NCBI GenBank assembly: GCA_025336685.1
Contig: GCA_025336685.1_4717.1
Source of the DNA: Escherichia coli
GTDB taxonomy: Bacteria; Pseudomonadota; Gammaproteobacteria; Enterobacterales; Enterobacteriaceae
Strand: one strand, 5' to 3'
DNA: 64,000 bases
Position 1 is the first letter of the stretch, and every line of letters begins with the position of its first letter. The notes under the pieces are model-generated. The model saw nothing but the letters and a program-made list of their open reading frames with translations. It ran no database searches and was not told the DNA's origin. Of this stretch, positions 47,083 through 57,468 are shown piece after piece. The translations under genes and the position numbers were made by a program.

Positions 47083-48363
47083 ATGTATACATTGGTAAAA
47101 ACTTACGGATTACCCGTAGGTTCTGGCACGGCCTGGACAGCACTTGAGGCGGGTGAAAGTGTCCTGAGTACGTTGTTCTCAGCGTATCAAAAACTCAAGA
47201 TCCAGGTTCATGAAAGCTATGCTGACCAGCAACAAGTTATTGATCTGTACACATTTCAATCCGAGCTTCAAAACAGCAATGACACGCTCAATGCGTGGTT
47301 GAAAGCGAAATCGGATGCACATACCAACCTTCGAGGACAGCCTGGTGAGCTGTCGATTAAAACCCACAAGCTTTATTGCCATGACGTTATTACCGTAGGC
47401 TTTCTCCCTAAAGTCGGTAATAGTGGTTATCATCCGAGCAATGCGATCCCTGAGTCGGAACGTACCGATATCCTGTTGACGAAAGCGAATACGAATTACG
47501 AAAATATCGGCAAACATTGCTTGTTCACCGTAGGCGGTTATATTCATCCTCATGTTTACGGTAAAGACGTTGGCGTCTATATCCAGGGTGGGTTCGAGAC
47601 AGCACAGCGTAGCCAAGAAAACGATATCGGCATGATTGATTTTAGCCGTATCGGGAGTTTGGAAATCCACGCCATCACAGAAGAGATGATTGCTGATTCC
47701 ACGAAGCTCTTGCCGTATAAGGACGAGATGTACTTACGGCTACCACGTAAGGTCGCCGAAGATGAAACCGTTGCGCTGGTGTTCGGGGGATATCTACACC
47801 TTCTTGACGATTGTTACACGATCGTTAGTGACACGACGGCAAAAATAAACTGCAGAAACATGTTTCTGTATGAAAGATACTTCCGCTCCCGCAAATACCT
47901 TGATTTAACGTCTCTTGGTATTCTGTTGAACGAAGAAGACCCGCAGTCCGATATTGTTGCCAATCGTTTACTGTCTGATAAGACTTTAAAAGCATGGGTG
48001 ACGCATCCCTGCAGTTTCTGGGTGTATATCAAAGCAACATCGATTCAGGTTACACAAGAACCTTTACCACGAAGTGGCGTACCAGGACAATATTTCTTAG
48101 GTAAGAAACCGGAAGGACTGATTCGAGCCGATCTCGGTGAGTTACCGGCCTACGTGCAGACCTATGAAAAACCGTTATGGGTACTTCACTCACGCTGGGG
48201 GCTTCGTAAGAACATGTTGTTTGAAAACACATTGTACAAACATACACGCGTTAAGCGGCTTAACGATACGCCTTATCTTCACCAGGTCTGGTTGAAAACG
48301 CATGCGACGTTGCAGACAGTACATAAGCTCGAATTGATCGATTCCAGTCAGAAAAACAAATAA
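47083..48363 (+). CDS. Hypothetical protein (426 aa), likely tail-associated
   Basis: Divergent from the fibre gene; followed by a family hairpin. Confidence 0.5.
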   Translation: MYTLVKTYGLPVGSGTAWTALEAGESVLSTLFSAYQKLKIQVHESYADQQQVIDLYTFQSELQNSNDTLNAWLKAKSDAHTNLRGQPGELSIKTHKLYCHDVITVGFLPKVGNSGYHPSNAIPESERTDILLTKANTNYENIGKHCLFTVGGYIHPHVYGKDVGVYIQGGFETAQRSQENDIGMIDFSRIGSLEIHAITEEMIADSTKLLPYKDEMYLRLPRKVAEDETVALVFGGYLHLLDDCYTIVSDTTAKINCRNMFLYERYFRSRKYLDLTSLGILLNEEDPQSDIVANRLLSDKTLKAWVTHPCSFWVYIKATSIQVTQEPLPRSGVPGQYFLGKKPEGLIRADLGELPAYVQTYEKPLWVLHSRWGLRKNMLFENTLYKHTRVKRLNDTPYLHQVWLKTHATLQTVHKLELIDSSQKNK

Positions 48364-48373
48364 ACAAACATAA

Positions 48374-48405
48374 CCCTCCTCCTTCCCTTACGGGTTGGAG
48401 GAGGG
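48374..48405. terminator. Family hairpin CCCTCCTCCTTCCC-TTAC-GGGTTGGAGGAGGG at a convergent junction
   Basis: Arms identical to the 18601 copy; between 47083..48363 (+) and 48415..49320 (-). Confidence 0.55.
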
Positions 48406-48414
48406 AATATGCTG

Positions 48415-49320
48415 TTATGCCACGTATAACGTTAGATAACCGTCGATGAGCGTATTCATAACACTGAGTTGAAGTACAACAGCTTTACGAGCGTCTGTAC
48501 GTACACCAAATGGTAGTGTTTTGAAATGCTCTGGATCGGCTATTACTCTCGCATTCTGCAAGTTGAGCGGTCCAGGCGTTGCCGACAATACCCAGCGATC
48601 GTTGGCCGTAAGACCATCGATCTCTTCAGAGAGACCCAATTGCAGCATGTTCATTTCTGCAATTAGCGCCTCTGATTGCATATCACCTGAGGTTAACGTA
48701 TACCCATCAGTAAGTGACGCTAGAACATCATCAGACATGAACCAGTTGTACGAAACAATAGCGCCCGGGAGTTTATCACTATCTCGATCGATGAGATAAT
48801 TCAACCCAGCCAACATATTGTTGCGAATGAGGTTGTTGAGGTCGTTATGTCCTGAAGTTAACTCAACAAGTAATTGACCAACCCATACTTGGTTACCAGG
48901 TTTAGGTGTTATCGCAACATGTATCGGTGATTTGGATTTATCCAGATCCGCGTCGACAATCTCGGTTTTATTGAGAAGGATACCGTACGTTGATGCTAAG
49001 ACAGGTAATATCTCAGAGACCTTGGTTAGTGTATCTAAGGTTTCGATCTCGATGGGCCAGCGGTGCTGTCCGCCAGGCCAAATACCCAGTTTACCAAGAT
49101 CGACGCGGTTATAATAGATGTCGACAGAGTTCACCAGCCCTGAACCCGGTTGGGGATGCACGGTTAACTTGCTGTTACGCTTGTACCCTGTGCTTTCAGA
49201 AGCCTCACCGATAACCAGTTTATCCAGCGTTACGCCTCGAGCGTCGAAATCGCTATGCTTTCGAATCAGCCGAAAGAGGATTTCTTTCGATTCTAACCCT
49301 AGGATTTCACTGTACTCCAT
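48415..49320 (-). CDS. Putative structural protein, paralogue family C
   Basis: IYYNRVDLGKLGIW and QVWVGQLLVEL motifs align with the other family members. Confidence 0.5.
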   Translation of the reverse strand: MEYSEILGLESKEILFRLIRKHSDFDARGVTLDKLVIGEASESTGYKRNSKLTVHPQPGSGLVNSVDIYYNRVDLGKLGIWPGGQHRWPIEIETLDTLTKVSEILPVLASTYGILLNKTEIVDADLDKSKSPIHVAITPKPGNQVWVGQLLVELTSGHNDLNNLIRNNMLAGLNYLIDRDSDKLPGAIVSYNWFMSDDVLASLTDGYTLTSGDMQSEALIAEMNMLQLGLSEEIDGLTANDRWVLSATPGPLNLQNARVIADPEHFKTLPFGVRTDARKAVVLQLSVMNTLIDGYLTLYVA

Positions 49321-49335
49321 TTAACACCCCTTAGG

Positions 49336-49545
49336 TTACGGTAGGATTTCTGCGCCCGTCGGGCCTGCCTTACGAGCTTCCAACGCACCAAGGTCGTATT
49401 TCAACGTCAGCGTATCGTTGGTGGTAAATAGGTTGTGGTAAGTCGAAATCAGATCGGTAACCTGTGCGCCTACGATCTCGTTCATGTCGAAGGCAGAACC
49501 TTGACCATCATCAGCACGAACGATTTTGTCGCCAGCAGAGACCAT
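49336..49545 (-). CDS. Small hypothetical protein (69 aa)
   Basis: Fills an otherwise empty gap between two minus-strand genes. Confidence 0.35.
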   Translation of the reverse strand: MVSAGDKIVRADDGQGSAFDMNEIVGAQVTDLISTYHNLFTTNDTLTLKYDLGALEARKAGPTGAEILP

Positions 49546-49614
49546 CCCAATTTCAGAAATAACCGCGCAGTACTCTTCAATTACCCGGAGAGTTTAGCCA
49601 CATTGAGATATTCG

Positions 49615-50220
49615 TTAATATCCTGATGGTGTCCAGACCAAAGAGACTCCAGCTATAATCGTAGTACTTCCGGTCGCTACCAGAATTCCTGTTGTTGGAA
49701 TATCCGGTCGGGGCGGGTTGAGGTTCTTGTCGGTCGGATGCCATTCGATAGTCTGAGCAACACCATCGATGTACTTGGTATATCGCATGGAGCGGACAAC
49801 GTTATCGAAATCGATGCGACGACCGTAATAACAGATGTACTTTTTACCGTTTTCCAGCGTCTCAATACGACGTAACCCAAATCTAGCACGTTCGTCCGTG
49901 GTCAAATCGTTACCAACTTCACGCATCACGAAAGGTTTGATTTTCCATGGTGAAAGATCGCTTGCTTCGTGAGCGATCGGCATCGAGGAAGGGATGCCGT
50001 TAGCGTTGCGGATGAATTCGTGACCTTGGTTGCCGATACAGAAGTAACGTACAGCAGGATTACCCTCGGGGTAAATCTTTGATTGAATCTGAAGCTTTTC
50101 GTTCAAGGTGCTGTGTTCTTCCCACGCATGAGGAAGACCGAGCGTAAGGTTCGTTTGTACTTGACCGCCGATAATCGTACGGACGATACGATCGGTAGCA
50201 CGGATTTGTGTAGAAGCCAT
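49615..50220 (-). CDS. Hypothetical protein (201 aa)
   Basis: ORF in the co-directional structural block. Confidence 0.5.
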   Translation of the reverse strand: MASTQIRATDRIVRTIIGGQVQTNLTLGLPHAWEEHSTLNEKLQIQSKIYPEGNPAVRYFCIGNQGHEFIRNANGIPSSMPIAHEASDLSPWKIKPFVMREVGNDLTTDERARFGLRRIETLENGKKYICYYGRRIDFDNVVRSMRYTKYIDGVAQTIEWHPTDKNLNPPRPDIPTTGILVATGSTTIIAGVSLVWTPSGY

Positions 50221-50236
50221 GTCTTTTCCTATTTAA

Positions 50237-51088
50237 TCAGTTATATTGCATCAACAGGATACCGCCGTAGTTCGTGCAGTAATCTTGGCTAAGCGTAACG
50301 ATAACAGCGTTAGCGAACGCAGGGTTAACAGGATAACCCTGTGCGATAAGTTCTGTTGTTTTACCGGTTGCGAGTACGGTAGCCCCGTAAAGGTTGTTTT
50401 CGTCTTCACGACCGTTATAAACCCATGGGGTTGGCGCAACGTTGTTGAATAAGCTAACCATTGCGCTTAGGTTACCACCAACCTTTAACCCGGCAAGATC
50501 GGAACGGATTGCTGTGCAGTCTATAGCGTAACTGTAGACCAACGCTTGGATACGATTTGCGGTGTAGTACGGGAAATTGAGACCGGCCATCACCGTGGTC
50601 TTCATCATCCCCGCAATATCGCGCGCGCTATCGAGGAGGTAGAATGTAACACTTCCCGTCCAAGCCAATCCGGTTGTTTTCAATTCTACGACATGAGGGA
50701 ATGGGTATTCATTCCCTCGAACAATCGGAGAATCGACGCAGCTATCCCGATCGATAACGATTCCGTACGTCGATTGGATCAGAGGGATAAGATCGTGCGT
50801 TGTTTTAACCCCGGCGTCGATAGCAAGCTTCGGTTCCATTCCCAAGAAGAAGTCTTGGATAGGGATACGATCGTACCACACGTAGCTGCTTTCACGGTAT
50901 TGTGCTGGCGTTACTGTTGCCGAAGGCGATACCTTAGCGCGGGTGTTCCGTTTATACGCATGGTTTCCGTTTTCAGCAGCATCCGTGATCTCAAGCGCAT
51001 CGAAGTTAAAGTCGAAGTCAGGATTGGCAGCCTGAATAAGTTCGGCGACCAGTACTTTAGGACTTTTGTTTAACAATTTCTGACTCAT
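50237..51088 (-). CDS. Putative structural protein, paralogue family C
   Basis: VWYDRIPIQDFF, LAWTGSV and DYCTNYGG motifs; closest to 51099..52046. Confidence 0.55.
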   Translation of the reverse strand: MSQKLLNKSPKVLVAELIQAANPDFDFNFDALEITDAAENGNHAYKRNTRAKVSPSATVTPAQYRESSYVWYDRIPIQDFFLGMEPKLAIDAGVKTTHDLIPLIQSTYGIVIDRDSCVDSPIVRGNEYPFPHVVELKTTGLAWTGSVTFYLLDSARDIAGMMKTTVMAGLNFPYYTANRIQALVYSYAIDCTAIRSDLAGLKVGGNLSAMVSLFNNVAPTPWVYNGREDENNLYGATVLATGKTTELIAQGYPVNPAFANAVIVTLSQDYCTNYGGILLMQYN

Positions 51089-51098
51089 TGTTTATTCC

Positions 51099-52046
51099 TT
51101 AGCCTTGTTCTTCTGGAGAACGACCCTGGAGGCTTGCGGTATGTCCGTCGACGTTGTAATAGAAAATCAATGGACCGCCGACAGCAGTACAGTAGTTTTC
51201 ATCCAGACTGATCTCGATACCGTATTGGTAACCTGCTCGTGCTGGAATACGTCCGCCTAACTCGCCGTTGAAAGCCACTTTAGCGTTATACAGGTTATAC
51301 GGTGCGATGTTGTCGTCTAATACCCAACGATCGGCGGTCATTTCAGCCAGAAGATCGGCGACCACCACATCGCTAATGACCGTACCTGTTACCAGCGAAG
51401 CCAGCAACTCACCGTAATCGGAAGTATCACGACTGTAGCTGTAGATTTCACCGCTAGCGCGTACGCCTTGTCCGAAGAACTTAAGACCATCAAGCTCTTT
51501 GATTGCGATAATATCATCAAGATTCGGTACACGCGATTTCATCAAGATACGAACACTTCCCGTCCAAGCCAGGCAATCAGATACGACACGGAGCAATTGT
51601 CCGTTAACGGTATCCCAGTTAAGTTCGTCGTTGACAATTTCTTCTGCGGTAAGGCCGAGACCGAAACGTTCTTTGATGATAGGCCAGATATCACGCATCT
51701 TGGTGGCATCTGGTGCATCGATAAGAATAGGTGCTACGTTACGTAGATACGCACCGATGTTAATACGATCGTAATACAGCGTCGTCGAACCTTCGTAATC
51801 GTCTAACTCGGTAAGCTTAGCGGTTGCCGTTGCCGTAATCTGGGTATCGCGCTCGTAGGCGCTTTGGTTGGTGGTTGGTGTCCCTAAAACCAATAATTCA
51901 GGGGTTAGAACATGTTCTCCGTTCTGAGGTGGGTTATCGTGGTTGATAAGACCATACACGAGATCGGATGAGGGTAAAGAGACGTCGACCGGGTAAAGTT
52001 CGGTGTCGTCAATAGTTGTTACCGTATCACTCACGGTGACCTCCAC
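51099..52046 (-). CDS. Putative structural protein, paralogue family C
   Basis: LYYDRINIGAY, LAWTGSV and NYCTAVGG motifs. Confidence 0.55.
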   Translation of the reverse strand: MEVTVSDTVTTIDDTELYPVDVSLPSSDLVYGLINHDNPPQNGEHVLTPELLVLGTPTTNQSAYERDTQITATATAKLTELDDYEGSTTLYYDRINIGAYLRNVAPILIDAPDATKMRDIWPIIKERFGLGLTAEEIVNDELNWDTVNGQLLRVVSDCLAWTGSVRILMKSRVPNLDDIIAIKELDGLKFFGQGVRASGEIYSYSRDTSDYGELLASLVTGTVISDVVVADLLAEMTADRWVLDDNIAPYNLYNAKVAFNGELGGRIPARAGYQYGIEISLDENYCTAVGGPLIFYYNVDGHTASLQGRSPEEQG

Positions 52047-52093
52047 GCCAGGAATTAATTAAAAAAGACTTTACGATTTGCTGCGCTATCACG

Positions 52094-54574
52094 TTAAGCG
52101 TCCTCGATAGGCAAAGGTTTAACAATCAAACGATTGAGCGGATTCGATAGACGCATACTGACAGGCTTATACGCAACATGATTCGTCTCACTTAGAACCG
52201 CTGACCTGAAACGACCATTCACCTGTTTGTAGATTGGATCTATCCAAAGACCTTGAAGGTCGCGCTTACGGAAACGTTGTTCGAACGGTTTGATCGGGTT
52301 TATGGTCAGCCCATGCAGCGACTCCGACAGTAAACGCTCACGAAGGTCGCGTGGTGCCCGACCCGGGAACGGTGCAAGCCACAAACCATCGAGTGGGTTT
52401 TTACGGAAACGTAACGAGATGGGATCACTGATGACTTGTGCCCAATATTGCGTACTGAATCGAACCGTTTGGGTATTCTCGTAACCGCTACAGTCACACC
52501 AGGTTGGTTTCGGAGGTGCTTCCAAACTTTCAACCACCGATTCGCGCCAGTTCGTCATCGGGTTGTTATCATGTACGAATTTGATAACTTCCGTAGCCTG
52601 GTTATCCGTATCATGAACGTTTGCCTGTGCCCAGTCTTCCCACAGTTCTTCACTACCACTTACTAAACTCGAACCAAGACGAACGGCGATTTTGTTTAGT
52701 GGTTTGATTGGATCACTGTTGATTGTCTGGATAAAATGGATGGTGTAACTACTCAATGTCTTAAGCAGCTGCAGCATTCCGTATTGAATATCCTTAAGAC
52801 TGGTGACATCTTCCAAATCTTGACCGGTGGCCTTTGTGAAGATATCGAGAGCCAGAATTCCCGCCTCTTCTTGACTGATTGCGTCAAGCTCCCAATCCAT
52901 CGCTAAGAACCATTCCTTGTAAAGCTGCCCAATACCGAAGTCGACACCAACATCCATGTAAAAGTTTTCAACGATGGCTTCAGCCATACCTCGAGCTTGA
53001 TAATGCTCTTGGAGCTGGTACATGAACTGATGACGACGCCAGCCCTGGTAGATCTCGGTAACGACGTTGAGAAACTCTTCAGTACTGACGACCGGACGCA
53101 ATGTTACTTGCTTATCCAAACACCACCAGATCAGTTTATCGGGAATGATAGCGGGATCGGTAATGCTACGGAGATGGTCGAATGTCGGTAGCGTTAACAC
53201 CCTGACATGGTTAGCATGGATCTTAGGTACTTCAATCAGCGTCATGCCCATCGAATAGTTCAGCAAATACAAGAACAGCTTGTATGCATCTTTCATCGAC
53301 ATCGTCATGGTATCACCCGTCACCGGGTTGGTTGTCGTTAACCGTGACTGGTACATGCCTATAGCGCTAAGATGAATCCATTCGTTCAGTAGGAAATCAT
53401 ACTTAGGATACAATTCACTGTCTGTAAGGTCTTCCGCTTCACTTTCCAACACCTTGGTCGTTAAGGTGTTGTTGTCATGCATCGACATTTTCTCTATCGT
53501 GCGGTTAAGCTCGGTATAATACTCCGCTTCGTTATCCCGCGCTAAAGGGAACTGTTGCTGCATCACGGTGGTGACCTTACGCCTTACCGTGCCGTTGCCG
53601 ACGATCTCTTGAAGGTTAAGTGGTTTACGCTCCATGTAAACGGTAGGTTTTAACGTCTGAGGTATCTCGGAAGCGTCTTGTTTGATCGAGAACGCACCGA
53701 TTGGAATTCCACGTTCGGTTAATACCTTTTGAATGAGCTTATCGTAGTTTTCCGTTCTGCCCATGTTTCTTTCAACGTAAGCAATGTTACGATAAAACCA
53801 GAGCATTTGAGATTCGGTCATGTATCGCTCGAATCGATCAAGACCTTGATGGCTTGCCAGATAACTCCAGATATGGAAGCTATGGGCATAATGGGTATGA
53901 CAGTTTTCCCAACGAATACCTTTTATCATCTCAGGTATTTGTGTGAATAGAATGGCGTATAACGCAGGCCAATGAAGCATATCGACGCTTTCATACGCCG
54001 GGTGTTCCCAACGTCTAAAGTAATCATCGATTTCTTGCTGTAAGCGTGGAATAAGATTGGCCTCGCGCGATTCAACCTCTCGTGTATCGTACCAGAGAAT
54101 CTCATGATTGCGTGCCGCAATTGCTTTCTCGATATCGATGGGGTTAAGGATACCCAAGATCAACATACGTTGTTCTGGATACCGCGCAATTAAACGATTG
54201 AAATAATCTCCGCCGTACGCGTATTCCCTTGCTGTCATGCGATGTCGTAACATGTTTTCCTTGGTGAACTCGATCTCTTCGAGCGTATCCAGGGAATTTA
54301 CGGTCATCATTGTCTGACAAGGATGATACTCGCCAGCGAGATTCATGTAGTATAACCACGTGCGTGGGTCGTCCCCGACGGCCATCTGGTAGACTTCGGA
54401 AACCTTGAGGTTTAACCGTTCTGCCGTGATGTCGCTTTTAATAATCAGGGTGTCCGTTAGACGCTGCACGCTTTCCGAATAAAGCTGATAGTCAGTGTTG
54501 GACACGATCGGTCCTCCAAGGAGCCAGTGTAAATGAACGATATAAATAAAGGGCGCGTCGCCCTCGAACGTCAA
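52094..54574 (-). CDS. Large hypothetical protein (up to 826 aa) with C-terminal tandem peptide repeats; 5' end uncertain
   Basis: The track start at 54574 is a TTG overlapping the divergent gene; first in-frame ATG is near 54385. C-terminus has 2-3 repeats of (D/N)PI...RFRK..L.GLW. Confidence 0.5.
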   Translation of the reverse strand: MTFEGDAPFIYIVHLHWLLGGPIVSNTDYQLYSESVQRLTDTLIIKSDITAERLNLKVSEVYQMAVGDDPRTWLYYMNLAGEYHPCQTMMTVNSLDTLEEIEFTKENMLRHRMTAREYAYGGDYFNRLIARYPEQRMLILGILNPIDIEKAIAARNHEILWYDTREVESREANLIPRLQQEIDDYFRRWEHPAYESVDMLHWPALYAILFTQIPEMIKGIRWENCHTHYAHSFHIWSYLASHQGLDRFERYMTESQMLWFYRNIAYVERNMGRTENYDKLIQKVLTERGIPIGAFSIKQDASEIPQTLKPTVYMERKPLNLQEIVGNGTVRRKVTTVMQQQFPLARDNEAEYYTELNRTIEKMSMHDNNTLTTKVLESEAEDLTDSELYPKYDFLLNEWIHLSAIGMYQSRLTTTNPVTGDTMTMSMKDAYKLFLYLLNYSMGMTLIEVPKIHANHVRVLTLPTFDHLRSITDPAIIPDKLIWWCLDKQVTLRPVVSTEEFLNVVTEIYQGWRRHQFMYQLQEHYQARGMAEAIVENFYMDVGVDFGIGQLYKEWFLAMDWELDAISQEEAGILALDIFTKATGQDLEDVTSLKDIQYGMLQLLKTLSSYTIHFIQTINSDPIKPLNKIAVRLGSSLVSGSEELWEDWAQANVHDTDNQATEVIKFVHDNNPMTNWRESVVESLEAPPKPTWCDCSGYENTQTVRFSTQYWAQVISDPISLRFRKNPLDGLWLAPFPGRAPRDLRERLLSESLHGLTINPIKPFEQRFRKRDLQGLWIDPIYKQVNGRFRSAVLSETNHVAYKPVSMRLSNPLNRLIVKPLPIEDA

Positions 54575-57439
54575 ATGAGCAATAATGACGTTGCGAAGGC
54601 ACTCATGAACAAATTTGTCGCTCCTGCTCCGCAGTCACGTCTTTATAATACACGTGATGCGGAAGGAGCGAGCGGTCGTTTCGGGTTAGTTGTTCCCGAC
54701 CAAATGACGATGAACACGGTTACGCGTGCGACCGCGACAAACATCGAGGATAATAAAAACATCCTCGAGTTGTTCCCTGAACTTAAACGCGTGATGCAGA
54801 TCTACGTTGCCGCGTTGACGAACCCTAACGATCTTAAGACGGTCGAGATGTTTATCGATAGCGAAGATTTCCCGGGTAGGGTCGCAGAAATCGTTCAGCC
54901 GATGATCGATACCATCGACACGCATTTTAAGAATATCTATAAAATAAAGACGCTTATCCCTCGTATCATCGAAGACGTCTTCTTTATCAAGGGCAGTTAT
55001 AACTTCGTTGTTCTGCCAGAAAGCACGCTCGACCGCGCTATTAATGGTAACGGTCAACTGAAACTTGAAGAATACGGGTTTAGAGACAACCATTTCGCAA
55101 GTTGGGGGCTTTTAGGTAACGACAGTCGCAAACGTCACGAAAATCAATTACCTTCGACGGTCTCGATGGAAGATTATTTCTCGGGCGTTAATGAAACCAT
55201 ACCGTACGATCCCGTTGTCCGTATAGACAGCATTAAGTTTACCAATACCCTGCTTCGTGATAAGGACGGTAAATTCATTGAAGCGAAGATCGATATTCCG
55301 GATATGGTTACGGTTGTCGATAACCCAGATATTCTCCGCATGCCTATTTTGCATCAACGTCGAGCAGCGACAGCGGTGCAACGCGCGTTACGCACGAACA
55401 CGTTAGGAGGTAGTGGTTTGGTAACACTGTCAGGTGATCCAACCCTAACCGCTAACCGACGTGAGCTGTCGCAAGAACAGGTTAACGAGATTTGGAATAA
55501 ACTCAACATCCAACGTCACACCAAGGTATCTCCCGTTTACGCGCTGGCAACCCCAGATACGCTTGATCGTCAAAGCGTTGGCCATCCTGGTGTGATGCAC
55601 GTACCACCTGAGGCATTAGAACCCGTACATGCACCAGGTGATCCGGAGAACCATATCGGGTATTTAGTTCAGTTGGATGAGTTTGGTTATCCGGTGCGTT
55701 TGGTTGAGGATGCTGCGTATTACAAGCAGTTGGAAGGTCGGTTGTCGAAGATCACCGCGGATATCGCGGGTACGTCAAGCAACGGCATGGCGAGCGAGAT
55801 GATCGGTGCGGCCAAGAACATGATCCAAGGTACGTCGTGTAATCAAGTAGACATGTCGGCCTTCGTGTCATCGTACGAATCATTGATGCAACGCTACATC
55901 GTTGAACGAATCGTCAACGGTTATCTTGGTAGTGCGGTGGAGATCGGTGCGACATCATCGTTTTACCTATCGATGCTTGCTCGCAGTCTCGCCCACAAGC
56001 AGACCCGTGTTTTGTTTATTCCTCGAGAGATGGTGACATACATCGCTTATGAATACAACAAATACGGTATTGGTCGTTCACTGCTTGAAAGTACGAAGAT
56101 GATCTCGTCGCAACGAGCCATGCTCATGGTTCAAGAACTGATGGCGAAAATCAAAAGTTCGTTGAACTATACGACGCTAAGTGTAATGCTTGAAGATACC
56201 GACAGAAACCCGGTCGATACCGTCGAACAGGCACTACATAGTTTCGCTCGCGTCTACCAGTCTGGTTTCCCGTTGGGTGAAACTAACCCAATGGACATCA
56301 TCAACGCATACGAACGAAGCTCGATTCGATTGAAGGTTGAGGGGAATAACCCACGCTTCCCGAAATTGAATACGGACGTCAGCGTTGAGCAGCGTAACTA
56401 TCAGTCTCCTGATAATGAATTGATGGATCGTTACCGTCGTGACCACTTCATGGGTTTGGGAGTTTCTCCAGAGATTATCGATACTTCCTACCAATCTGAA
56501 TTCGCGGCTTCTGTGATTACCGCTAACGCGATGCAAGAGAAGCAGTTCACGGTTTGTCGTGAGGTTATCACGAACGGATTAACTGATCACATCAAGAAGT
56601 ACACGGCTTACAGTCCTGTATTGTTGACGTCGCTACGAAACACGGTTCGTGCGAACATGTCTAAGCTCTCCCAAGCACAATTGAAACAGCTTTTTGGTAG
56701 CGATTTCGAAAACGGCGTTATTCGTAACGTTAATGCTTATCAGGAGATCGACGACCAGTCAGCAACAATGGACCTGGATTATTCTAAACCGGAAGTTCAG
56801 GAAGTTATTGCCGATGCTTATGTATCCATGTTCTTAAACAGTCTGCAGGTGCGTTTACCGAACAGCAATGCTCGCCGCCTTGAAGATCAGGTACGTGAAT
56901 ATAATCAGTACAAGGAAGCGATTACAGCGCAACTTGATGATTATTTAACGCCTGATTACGTCATGGGTCTGGGTGGGGTTGATGAAACAACACTGCAGAT
57001 GATCCGTGCATGCATTATTGGTACCGCGATGCGTACATGGGCAAAAGAGAACAACTTCAATCAGGAGCTGGCTGATCTCTTCAGTCTCGACGATAAGAAG
57101 AATGCCGTGCAAGATTGGAAACGTGCATCCATGGAACATATTGAAATCATGGGTAAATGCATGGGTGATTTTGCATTGTATATTCAGAATCTGACGAAGA
57201 AGATTGAAGAGAAGATGGGAGATCAAGCACAGGACGGCAGCGTTTCATCTGATGGTTCTTGGTCGTCTGATTCAAGTAGTGATACCGGTTCTTCTGATGA
57301 CTTTGGCGGTGATGATTTCGGGGATACCGATTTCGATACCGAAACGATGGAGGAAACCTCAACAGAGGAGACAACCACGTCTGAGGATACGACTACCGAT
57401 ACAACGTCAGAAGACGAGACTTCAGGTGATATTGTCTAA
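54533..57439 (+). CDS. Large hypothetical protein (968 aa) with highly acidic Asp/Glu/Thr/Ser-rich C-terminal tail
   Basis: Strong SD AAGGAG 9 nt upstream of ATG 54533; C-terminal about 70 aa is acidic low-complexity. Confidence 0.55.
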   Translation: MNDINKGRVALERQMSNNDVAKALMNKFVAPAPQSRLYNTRDAEGASGRFGLVVPDQMTMNTVTRATATNIEDNKNILELFPELKRVMQIYVAALTNPNDLKTVEMFIDSEDFPGRVAEIVQPMIDTIDTHFKNIYKIKTLIPRIIEDVFFIKGSYNFVVLPESTLDRAINGNGQLKLEEYGFRDNHFASWGLLGNDSRKRHENQLPSTVSMEDYFSGVNETIPYDPVVRIDSIKFTNTLLRDKDGKFIEAKIDIPDMVTVVDNPDILRMPILHQRRAATAVQRALRTNTLGGSGLVTLSGDPTLTANRRELSQEQVNEIWNKLNIQRHTKVSPVYALATPDTLDRQSVGHPGVMHVPPEALEPVHAPGDPENHIGYLVQLDEFGYPVRLVEDAAYYKQLEGRLSKITADIAGTSSNGMASEMIGAAKNMIQGTSCNQVDMSAFVSSYESLMQRYIVERIVNGYLGSAVEIGATSSFYLSMLARSLAHKQTRVLFIPREMVTYIAYEYNKYGIGRSLLESTKMISSQRAMLMVQELMAKIKSSLNYTTLSVMLEDTDRNPVDTVEQALHSFARVYQSGFPLGETNPMDIINAYERSSIRLKVEGNNPRFPKLNTDVSVEQRNYQSPDNELMDRYRRDHFMGLGVSPEIIDTSYQSEFAASVITANAMQEKQFTVCREVITNGLTDHIKKYTAYSPVLLTSLRNTVRANMSKLSQAQLKQLFGSDFENGVIRNVNAYQEIDDQSATMDLDYSKPEVQEVIADAYVSMFLNSLQVRLPNSNARRLEDQVREYNQYKEAITAQLDDYLTPDYVMGLGGVDETTLQMIRACIIGTAMRTWAKENNFNQELADLFSLDDKKNAVQDWKRASMEHIEIMGKCMGDFALYIQNLTKKIEEKMGDQAQDGSVSSDGSWSSDSSSDTGSSDDFGGDDFGDTDFDTETMEETSTEETTTSEDTTTDTTSEDETSGDIV

Positions 57440-57468
57440 ACGGACGTAAAAAAATAACACATAGTTAA

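Noticed and set aside
54386-54574. TTG-initiated 5' extension of the 826-aa minus-strand gene overlapping the start of 54533..57439
   Set aside because: The extension would overlap a divergent gene that has a strong SD/ATG; a downstream in-frame ATG (about 54385) is more plausible, though the extension reads like ordinary protein sequence, so the true start stays uncertain.
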